Shown here in pieces: positions 1-10,093 of a stretch of 26,538 nt of DNA; position 1 is the first letter of the stretch, and each line of letters opens with the position of its first letter. The stretch spans positions 62,001 through 88,538 of the forward strand of contig JBFLGF010000148.1 of NCBI GenBank assembly GCA_050230475.1. Direction: 5' to 3'. Below the pieces are notes generated by a model. It was given only the letters and a program-made list of their open reading frames with translations, had not been told where the DNA came from and did not search any database. This DNA comes from Ancylonema sp. Lineage: Eukaryota. Both the position numbers and the translations under genes were made by a program.

Positions 1-824
1 TAGATCAACAACTCAGAATCAATTAGAGATGCCTGCACCCAATTATAGCGTGTGCGCCGAGTTGATTTAGATATTCCTTGCCACGCGTATCCCAGCGAGC
101 GCGCGAGTAGAATATTCGAGTTTGACAATAAAGACTCTTGTAAAACTTTCAATTCTCAGCTTTCGCTGCGCTGAATTTGTCGCTGAAGAGATTTTCCTTG
201 CGCACCATTGTTTTCCTCGACACTCTCAATTCGTTGCCTTGCGCAATCTGATTTGCTTTCGCAACATCGTGTGTATCAAGCGTTCGCTCATTTGTGATTA
301 CTTTGCATCAAGCTGTCGCTTTGTGATTTGTGAATTACCATTGTTACCGAAGTTATCGATGGTCTGACCTGTTGCGCAGTCAGAAATCACTTGTTTGAAT
401 TACCGAGCGTTCGCTCTCCGTGCAATCCATTCGCACATCTATTTTGCTGCTATTGACAAGTTTTGCATATCTGTATCATAATCGATTGCTTGCTGATCAA
501 GAATTGACGCATCTGTTGCTGGAATCTTGTGTCGCTCTCGTTACTTTGAAGCCGTCAAGTAAGAGCAGAGTGTGATAGCATGCTAGCAGTGAGTAGTACA
601 ACGAATAAAGCTCGAAAACTGCCTCGTTTGTGTGATGGTTTACAATCACTGCCGCGCTTCAAGCGAGCACCGTACTCTCACTTACGATATTCCAGCCCCC
701 TATTTGCACTTCCACTACATCGACAAGACCCCTTTCTGTCGATACTTTGAGTGCGATTACCCCTTCATCGACTGATTCCATCATCGATGACCCATTTACC
801 CTACCGATCTCATCTGGCACGTCA

Positions 825-843
825 TGTGTGTGTGTGTGTGTGT
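825..843. repeat. (TG)n microsatellite, ~9 units
   Basis: Directly visible tgtgtg run. Confidence 0.9.
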
Positions 844-2029
844 TTGTTTAATTCAATATGAATCTGTTGGTGACGCTCTTTCTGAGCCAGCCGTATAATC
901 GATTGCAATTTCTTGCGTCGATTCGCTGACGCTCTCTCCGAGCCAGGAAGCGTGTGTGTGTATGTGAAATCTGTCAATTTGCTGACGTTCGCTCCGAACC
1001 AGCACTGTAGTTGTTTCATTGTTGTGTATGCTCTTGCTCGCACCGAGCCAACAATTGTTGTTTACATTTGTCTGCTGACGCTCTTACTAAGCCATTATCG
1101 TTTATTTATACGCCACCAATACTTTGCTTTCGCACCGAAAGTAACTCTTACGTTTGTTGACCCTAGTAGTCTGCACCAGACTATTCTGTTTGTGCTAAAG
1201 TATTTTCCACGACTTTAGTACTGTAGTACATTTGTCAGCTTGCCCTCAGCGTTAAGTAGTGAATTTCACCAGACCGCTGAGACGTGTGATAGATATAATA
1301 TTGATATCTTAGCAGAGACTCAATGTGCGATACTACTTAGTGAGAGCAGCTCGACCACCAATACCATCAGAGACCCTTCGACCACCTCAGACCATCATCG
1401 ATACAAGCGCAGTCAACATCATCGCCAGATCGCCAAGGGCATTACCTCATGCATCATTGTGAGAAACATTTGTACCAAATTGTTGAGTACAACATCCTAG
1501 GCGGCCGAATCCAAACCGCACGTCAGATTTGGGGCAGCCTATTGTTACATGTGCGGTGCCCAAGTTGGCGTCCGGGCCGAAGCGGCGCCACATTTTGCGA
1601 CCCCTTTGGTTCCCCTGTAGCACTTGCTCTCTTAAGGTGTATATACACTTCATTGTACTCCTCTTTCTGGGAACATTTCCCCTTACACTTTTGACTTTCG
1701 GCCGTGTACATGTCGTTCTCAACCTTTGCATAACGATTTCAATTGAGTGGTAGGAATGTCTTTTAATCTATCGCACGTGTGTTTTTCATAGCGTGCGTGA
1801 CACCCAAGCGTCATTCCGCGCCTTGGCTAGTCGTTCCCGGAAAGAATAATGAGCCCACGATTTGATGTCGTGGCTTCGCGACAGTAACGGACGCCTTGTT
1901 CGAAGCAGCTGCAGCGGCCCTAGCAGTTCAGACTCTAGTGCTGAATCCTCGGACGCTCGCTTTCTATGAGCTGCGACACTTGGAGCAGAAGAACCACGTG
2001 CAGCTGCATATGCACGTAGAATCTCTTGC

Positions 2030-2583
2030 ATGAACGAGGAAGAAGAAGACGTCATGACAGGCGTTGATATTTACAATGGGGAGCTAGGGACGAAATGAGA
2101 CATTTCTTTTTTTGAGCTCGATCCCTGTATTAGCAAATGCGCATCAAGCGCGATAAGATCAATATGCCAGGTGGCTATGGCCAACTATTTTTTTTGGAGA
2201 TAGATATGCCACAATTCCTTGGCCAAGACCAGTAGCGGGTGCCGCAAAAATACCTGCAAGATCGGCGAGTAATTCCTGTTGCACCCGGACCAGCGCGAGT
2301 GCAAGCATTGGCAGACAGAGCTGCCAAAATTGCTTAGAAGGATTACATAGTGGACTTTATCGAAGCAGCTAACCTGGCAGCAAGGCCCAATGAACCCGGA
2401 GTACTCAAGCCACCAGACCTCGACAACTTGTTTGTGGAAATTATGCAGCGGTACATGCCCATTTGCTCAGAGGCCTTCGCACAGGTGTTGTCACTTCGAG
2501 CTCTATCTTCTGACACCGTCACCTCCCTAGCGATGCGGTTCAAAGATGATATACAAAAGAATATTACAAGGGTGAACGCGTAG
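2030..2583 (+). pseudogene. Possible decayed retrotransposon gag-like ORF remnant
   Basis: Interrupted frames read MNEEEEDVMTGVDIYNGELGTK*DISFFELD... and, after a frameshift, ...AFAQVLSLRALSSDTVTSLAMRFKDD. These loosely resemble the (F/Y)xG..W..F and LxQ..ETV..Y..RF motifs of Ty3/gypsy-type gag. Internal stops present; motif resemblance only. Confidence 0.3.
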
Positions 2584-2649
2584 TTAGTGTTATGAAATCT
2601 TAAATACTCGTCGGATTTGAATTTGTAAAAGATGTACATGATCTACGTG

Positions 2650-2790
2650 GTCTTAAGGTTCTTTTACGAAAAACCCTAAAAATTTGTGTTGGTCCATCCC
2701 GAGCGGAAAATTTTCCGCCCATGGCACCAGTCGGGGCGAGCCCGCCCGGGGCGAACATGGGGCGGAGTTTGCGGGGCGGGGCCAACTCTG
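2650..2790 (-). mobile_element. Solo terminal fragment of the CAGAGTTGG-ended non-autonomous TIR element family (related to 9170-9747)
   Basis: ggggcggagtttgcggggcggggccaactctg ending at 2790 is the near reverse complement of cagagttggctccgccccgcaaatcccgcccc at 9170. Both carry the palindrome gcggaaaattttccgc (2703-2718 here) and a ttac(g/c)aaaaacc segment. No partner TIR seen upstream. Confidence 0.6.
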
Positions 2791-3295
2791 GGCGCCGATT
2801 TTGAGCCCAAATCGTCTGAACTCGGAGCCGAGGCCATTCGGTTGGGCTCCCCAAGAGTTTGTCGGTTTGGGTCTTTTCCCCAAGATGCAGGTGAACCTCC
2901 AGGATGCCAGCTGGCGTCATGCTTGCCCACGTACCTGGTTTTCAAGGGGTGATTCTTGAGGCCATTTGTCGAAAATTCAGGATGTGCGCCGCAGACAAAA
3001 GTCTACATTTTACCATTATGAAGAGCAACTGTCGTGCTGCTGGCAGTCGAGTGCAAGAACTGGCGCTGTACAATGCCAGTATCAGCGCTCGAGAATGTAC
3101 ATGGTTCAGTCGTCAGTATGCGACGGTCATAAAAAAAGGTCCACGGATTGCTAGGGGGGCTCGCTGCGCCTCCGATGTGGGCTGTATCCGTTAGCGCTAT
3201 TATGTAAGCAGGCTTTGATTTTATCAACAGCCAGGGGTCACGCGATTCGACAGCAGCCCAAGACCTTTATCAGCACACAGCTGTGTCTGGGGGCG

Positions 3296-6142
3296 ATGCT
3301 GTACACTAAGGTGTGTCAGCTCCTGGAAATTCAGCACCCTGTCATCTGCGCTCCTCTGGGCCCTGACCTTTCTGGCCCCGCGCTGGCAAGCGCCATTAGC
3401 AACGCGGGAGGTCTGGGCATGCTCAGAGCCCCTGATGAGGCAAGTAACTCGTTTGCTACATACATCCGAATTCGGGCAAACCTTGTCACTGAAGCGAAGT
3501 CAAATTTCCGCCATTGAGATATCGTGAAATGAACGCCTTCTCTTCGCAGTTTCAGGGCCACCTCAAAAGGCACAGTTTGCGGAGAGTGAATAATCTTCAC
3601 CCTCTTACCAGCTGTTGGGTGCCTTTCCTTGACAATAGAAGTGACAGGTTACACATCGGTTGCCCTTAGCCCACGTGGGGGACTATCAGAAACATATGCG
3701 TTGTCTCGTGTACAAACAAATCATACCTCTGTCTGCACACCCTACCTTGTATTCCAAAGTGGCACGTATTACCCCCTCCTAGGAATCACTATAATTGGTA
3801 GGACTTGATACGCTTTTGTACTTGGCATACGAGCTCGCAAATCTCCTTACATTCGAACCCCTCCCCACCCGCAACCGCAGCCTGATTCATGTCGCGTTTC
3901 CGACCTCATCAAGCAGACTCGCGAGCTGACAAGTCGACCCTTCGCCATGGGCTTCGTACTCCACTTCCCCTACCAAGAGAACCTTCAGACTGCTCTCACA
4001 GAAGGGCTCCCCGTGGTGCAAGTGTATTGGGGAAAGGTCGAGAAGGACCTCGTGGACTTGGTGCACAGCTTCGGGGCCAAAATCATTCATCAGGTGGAAC
4101 TCCAACTTACTATTTCAGTTTTTTATACTATAATGTCTACTGTAAACTACATAATCACCACAACCCCCCTCTCTTTTGTTTTGAGGATATAAGATAATAC
4201 CTTGCGGTCATTGTACCACACGTGCAGTCATCCCTTTGTTTCGATGAGGCTTCGAAACCTGAGCCCGGCAGACATGTACCCTACATCTGCTACCCGCTGG
4301 GAGGCCACGCCCTCCATACTGGCACAACTATTTCTATCAAAGGGTGCGCATAAATAAATTTTGAAGAATTCTGAAGAATGTTTACGTTCCTCCTCCCAGG
4401 TGGGCAGTATTGAGGATGCCAGATCCTCAGCATCTGCAGGAGAGGACATCATACAGGCGCAGGGAATGGAAGCCGGGGGACACATCATCGGGAAGGTCGC
4501 AACATACATACAACATCACATCACATCACATTCATCCCGAGTCGACATCACATCCAGCACACCACTGCTCACTTCCACTTCTAGTTCCAATCCACCAGAA
4601 CTCAAACCTCTCTCATCTGATAACGCAAACCGTGCACCTCTGCTCCACTCCCTCTGTACAATCCACCCTCTGCCGCCAGCCACACCTCTGGTTGGGAATC
4701 GTCACGGTGCCTTTACCAAGGGTGCATAAAGTGGGGTAGAATTCCCAGGACCTCTATCGACCAATTGTCTGTGTCTTTGAACACGGCGCGCCTCTAATCA
4801 GTGGTGCCTTCACAGAGGCTAGACCGATTCCCATCATCATCCAGACGACCTCAAACCTTTAACCTCAAACCCTCCCACGCACTCCCCCCCCCCCCCCCCC
4901 CTAAGGTCTCCACCATGGCCCTGCTCCCCCCCCTGGTGGATGCCGTCTCCCCCACCCCTGTCATCGCATCTGGGGGGGTGGCAGACGGCCGGGGGCTGGT
5001 TGCAGCCCTGGCGTTGGGAGCAGAGGGCGTCTGCATAGGGACCAGGTACAGGGAGAACCTTAGTAAACGTGGAACTTCGCTATAAGGAATTGTATGTCAT
5101 ATGGAACCAGTTTTGGGGCTTCTATGTGTGTTCGAGAACGTGAACAACCAAATTCTTGGGCTGTATCAGGCACATGATATTGAGGATTTGCCACATTCGG
5201 GGTCCACAATTTGGGGGGAAGGAAAGGGGGGGGAGGCAATACACGCACATGGGCATAGAAGCGGCTCTAGTCCGCACAACTGTGGGAGCCCCACCTTCGT
5301 TTCCGAGCATCACGCTGCTGATCAATAACTTTTCTACGAGATTCACTATTCAGCGCTTAGAATCCTTTCATAGAGTATTCCCCACCAAAGTACACACAGA
5401 GCCGGACTCACTTTGGTATGTACTGTTTCAGGTTCTTGGCGACCCTAGAGTGCCTCGCCCATGGGGAGTACAAGGCCCGTGTGGTGACAGCCAATGAGAG
5501 CGACACGGAATACACGGACCTCTTTGGACGGGCTCGGTGGGCAGGAGCCAATCACAGGTGTCTGCGGACCCCGCTGGTGGACACGTGGCAGGCGAAGAGA
5601 GGGGAGGTGGGAGACGAAACGAACCCCTCCCATCCGCAGATTGGGAGGACTGTCATCCATGGGAAGGTGAGAGGGGAAGGAGCTGTATTGGGTGCCGGTC
5701 TTAGGGGGGGTCAATGCCCCCCCCCATTCATGTATAGGGGGGCTTTGGTAAAGTGATTTTGTTGTCTTTTTAGGAGCGTGGTGGTGCGTCTAGATGGGTG
5801 AGATTTCGAAACTGGCAAGTAACGATTGTCATTTCTTTCATTAGTGTCGGTGCTTTTGGTACTACGCACAATGTTGTCGTCAAATTGGGTGAGTGGAGGC
5901 AGCCTTATATCGACGGGGATTCTGGAAACGTTGGGCAGGGAAAGGTGATACCACTTTTTAGTGGCACGGCCCCCAATGCTTATACAGAGGGCGACATCGG
6001 GTTGTTTCCCCTGTATGCGGGTCAAAGTGTGGGATTGGTGCGGGAAATTCTTCCGGCAGGCGCTGTTGTTGTTGGGATGGTGGAGGGTGCAAAGGCTATT
6101 ATCCGGAATAGGTTGTTGCGGCTCGTTGTCGACTATGCATGA
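3296..6142 (+). CDS. NMO: Nitronate monooxygenase / 2-nitropropane dioxygenase-like FMN-dependent TIM-barrel protein, ~343 aa
   Basis: Exons 3296-3439, 3881-4093, 4400-4495, 4906-5045, 5432-5666, 5939-6142 (1032 nt, phases consistent). Motifs: [95 protein letters not shown]. Colinear with plant 2-nitropropane dioxygenase-like proteins as I recall them. Confidence 0.93.
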
Positions 6143-8643
6143 TCGTTTTGCTTTTTTTTTTTTTTTTTTTTTTTGGTAGTTGACATTGTTTTCCTTCACT
6201 GGTTATGTTTAGGCTTGCAATGAATCAAATTCGATGTAAGTTGGGACCGACGTTGTGTAATACAAGTTGTTGTTGTTGCATCAGTGTTGTTCCATCTACC
6301 AACCTTACTTTTTTGAACTCCTTATGGTTTAGTCCCTTAATTAGCGCTTGGGCAGTAAGGCACTCCGATTTTTGGTATTGCATTACTTTACATTGCCACA
6401 ACAATCTACCAAAAGGTTGGCTGCTCGAGAAATCATATGTCCGTTCTTGAACTTGTATGACGAAATCGAATAATCTATACTAGGAATCTTGTACATGATC
6501 AATGATTCAATAGTCTTCATTTGTTGGGGTATTGCACAACAGTGTGTAGCATATAAATGCCTCGCTCGGAGGAAATTTGTATGTAGACCATGGAGGATAA
6601 ATACTATGCATTGATGGTGGATTCACAATTCGGTGTGTTTCCATTATTTCATGTAACATCGAAGTCTACGTATTTCATCTAAGATGTTTTCTTCCCATTT
6701 AAAGGTTGAGAGTGAAGCAATCCGTTGTGAAATTTGGAACACACAATGTTGTTAATGAATGGAAGTACCATGGATGGAAAATCTATTGCCTATGTTTTGC
6801 CGTCGTTGCTTGCGGTTGGGCCATTGTTTGTTGTACGGCTCGTGGTTCCTTTATGTAGTTTGCGAAGCCATACATTTGTTTCGATCACTTGATTCAATTC
6901 ACCTAAACATCTAGTATTTTTATACCAATTGTCGGGTGGATATCTAAGGGAGGTTGGTTAACCAAGGAAGCTTGCGCGCCCTCGTATGGACAATCAAATT
7001 CAACATAAGAGCCCAAACGAACTCTTGTCGTAAGTTGGTTTGTCCGTGCGAGTTGAAAGATCACATCACATCATACATACCGTTGTTGATGGGACTTCGA
7101 AGGCAAAGTATCAAACTTATTCATTAGAGATTTCATATATTCATTAGAGCTTGGATTGCCCTATGGATGAATTCCCTCAATACAATGCCACTCATTTCTA
7201 ATTTTCCTAAATGTAACATCTTGAAAAAAGGACATCTTTTCCTTTTCACTAGAACCCCGATATAAAAATGTTGGGGGGAAACACTTCTTTTTGTAATCAC
7301 TTCTTTTTGCGAATATGAACCGTGTCTAAGAAACTTAACATGAGAGACCTCGCGAATATGCTTCTTATAACGAGGTTTGGAAACGTGGATCCATGTCGTC
7401 TAATTTTTGAGCATGAGCTAGTAGTTTTTGTACATTTCGACGTGCGATACCCGAATCGGAGGACCTCAGCAGCTCTAGTGATAATATTTACACTCACGTT
7501 CTACACGTAAATTATTAATGATAGGCGGTCGCGAGAAATCATGTGAGGATACACGAAGTTATTGATGAAGAATATTGATTCAGGGAATGGTAATGTAGAG
7601 GGGTTTCACAGCGTATTAGAAACCCGAATGATAAAAAATGGATTTCTTCTTTCTTATTGGCGGATGTCCACTTGGATAGCCACGACCCGAGAAACACAAT
7701 TTCGCAACCCCCACTAAGCGAAACCATATTGCCTATGGAAATAGTCGTAGAGGGTGGAACATAGCTGCAATCAGATTGCGGCTCACCAAGCGACAAAACG
7801 CCTCCTCAAGGAAACCAAGTAAGGACCCCCGGAATGGTGCGCAATCATGGCGGATATGCGTCCTTGAACGACATGAGACTCATGGATAACATTGAACCAT
7901 CTGTAAAGTACCGAGTTCAAAGCGTGAGCGGAGTCATTTGTCAAGTGGCGGATGTTGGGGTGCGGAGCTCGACGTGCGATTCCGCGTGAAATATCTCTTG
8001 GTTTGACGTCTGTCGTTGTGTTCAATTTTTGGTGCTCGTTACAAGAAATGTTTGGGTGAAAAAATCACGTGATTTGGAGAAGTATTGAGGAAGTGGTGAA
8101 CTTCAGAAGTTCTGAGTACTCGGCATAATTTTCGCGTGCGGGCAGGATCTTTGAAAGGATCGATAAGCGTCCTTTGTGGTGCGATTGGACTAATTCCTTT
8201 TGTGACGTACTTCAAAAAATTAAGAGCACCTGTCGTACATGTCTAAAGATGTGTGGGACGTGTCGTTGGTATCTTTGTTGCCACGTTAGGCTAAGATGCG
8301 GAGGTGTCGACTATTAATGGTGTTAAGAGTAGGTGTGGTAAACTAGTTTAAGGGCTGCCATGTGTCAATATAAAGGTGATGAGATGCTGGACAAGAGTAT
8401 AAATATTTGTGTGCGGATGTATGCCAAGATACGTTGTAAGACTACATATGGCTGAAATACGCCAATTAATAATAATATGGATTTGAGGCAGTTTTCCACG
8501 TATTTTCGGCGACAGTCGTTTTTTAACGAATATTTTGAATCATCTGTCTTTTGTTGGAATTACGGAAGTGCAGTGCAGCATGTAATTTTCTCAGAAAGAC
8601 ACCTAGAACAAGAGGTCGGAACCACTAGAGGGGTCCCATGGTA

Positions 8644-9106
8644 AGGGATGCGCTCCCCCGTTTGAAATGAAGAAGCATATGGCGTCACTCTCGTCCCCCA
8701 AATGCTTCCCCCGTCGATGGGGGGCCAGCCCCGGCTAGGGGTATCCCAGCTGCATCGGTTGTCACAAGGGGGACCCGGCCAAAACGGGGACACCGGGGGC
8801 GAATCGGCGGATAACAGTGACACAGGGGAGGAAAACGGTGGGCACGATAGAGGAACAAGGACAACGACGGGGGACTCCGTTGATTCATTGCATCCAATAA
8901 GTGAAAGGCCAGATAGGCCCGAGACACGAGACCACATGTTCCCCGGTAGTCTCCCATTGTCTCCATTTCTTCCCCCGCAACTCGTGGGGGACGAAACTTG
9001 TGGTTGCATCCCCTGCGTCACCCTGTATTTTGAGAAGAAGCATACGACAAATCCTACATAAGGGGACAGGGGACGAGGGAGCCCGAGAACGGGGGAGCGC
9101 ATCCCT
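8644..9106. mobile_element. hAT-like MITE (~463 bp) with perfect 19-bp terminal inverted repeats
   Basis: agggatgcgctcccccgtt (8644-8662) and aacgggggagcgcatccct (9088-9106). The (T)AGGGATG terminus resembles Ac/Ds-type hAT TIRs. Many internal GGGGAC/GTCCCC subterminal motifs. No clear 8-bp TSD (cccatggt vs actctggg). Confidence 0.8.
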
Positions 9107-9169
9107 AACTCTGGGCCCAACACATTTCAAAAGTGGTTGAAGTCCGCGTTCGTATGTTTGGGTGCATAA

Positions 9170-9747
9170 CAGAGTTGGCTCCGCCCCGCAAATCCCGCCC
9201 CGCTTTCCGCCCCGTATGAGCCCGCCCCGGGCGGAAAATTTTCCGCCCGTGGTTTTGTAGGTTTTTGGTAAGGGAGAGATTCCGGGCACCCCACAAAGCG
9301 AGTGCGGGCACCCCCCTCCGACAACTCGAAGTCTTTCCAATTTTTCCACATTGATCGGATAAAAAATATATAAAAAATGCTAATATTTATTTTGTAGTCC
9401 CGCCTGCTGTACATAGAAACCGTGTAATACCATTGTAATATTCCATTGTATATCTCAAGTTTTACTTTTATGATATTTATTTTTATCGCATTATAAGAAG
9501 CCACGCCCGGAGTCTGTCTCATGGGTGACATTAGATGATGTCGGAAGTATTGCGTATGGCACACATTAAATAAAAAGTCGGTATTGAACAAAACCGACCA
9601 TATCTCCGCATTGCGACAATTTATTTTTTAGGGTATTTTGGCCTATGGCTCCGCCCCGCAGAATTCGCCCCGATTTTTGTCCAGGGCGAGCTCGCTCCGG
9701 CCTACGCCCCGAACGGAGATTTTTTTTCGCCCGGAGCGGAGCCAACT
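9170..9747. mobile_element. Second non-autonomous TIR element (~575 bp) with GC-rich CCGCCCCG subterminal motifs and an AT-rich core
   Basis: agttggctccgccccg (9173-9188) vs reverse complement of 9732-9747 matches 15/16. Internal direct copy tggctccgccccgca at 9646-9660. 22-bp perfect palindrome cgggcggaaaattttccgcccg at 9228-9249. A related fragment lies at 2650-2790. No TSD recognised. Confidence 0.65.
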
Positions 9748-10093
9748 TACATTGCAGAGTCAGAGCCCTCGCCGAGCGTTTTAGCGAGGAGTTCGTAATT
9801 TGTGAGTTTCTCATATCGGGGTTTCATTATATTATTTTGTCGTTATGTAGAGTCCGTACAGACAATCGCGGTCGACAGGCGGAACTGAACACGTGGAGTT
9901 ACCATGACTATTGCCGTATACGACAGCAACGTAACAGTCAACGCCGACTGGACACGTCATTCATGTCGGCAGACAACTGACCAAAGAGCAAGCCGGAGAA
10001 ATCGTGGTGCCTGGAGGGGAGCAGAGTGCAGACTCCGCTGTTCCATCGCTTAATCTACTTCGTATGTGCTGTAATGTTCCCGCCGTCGGAAAA

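Noticed and set aside
7100..8560. Possible degenerate transposon (two tagaa(c/a)cccga..taaaaa motifs at ~7250 and ~7617, ACGT-rich tract)
   Set aside because: Similarity is too short and no termini or coding remnants could be defined.
2650..9270. NMO gene captured inside a Pack-type element bounded by inverted repeats
   Set aside because: The termini point toward the gene (the elements extend away from it), so the gene is between two elements, not inside one.
8560..9349. 150-190 aa ORFs as transposase
   Set aside because: They lie in GC-rich MITE sequence and show no transposase motifs.
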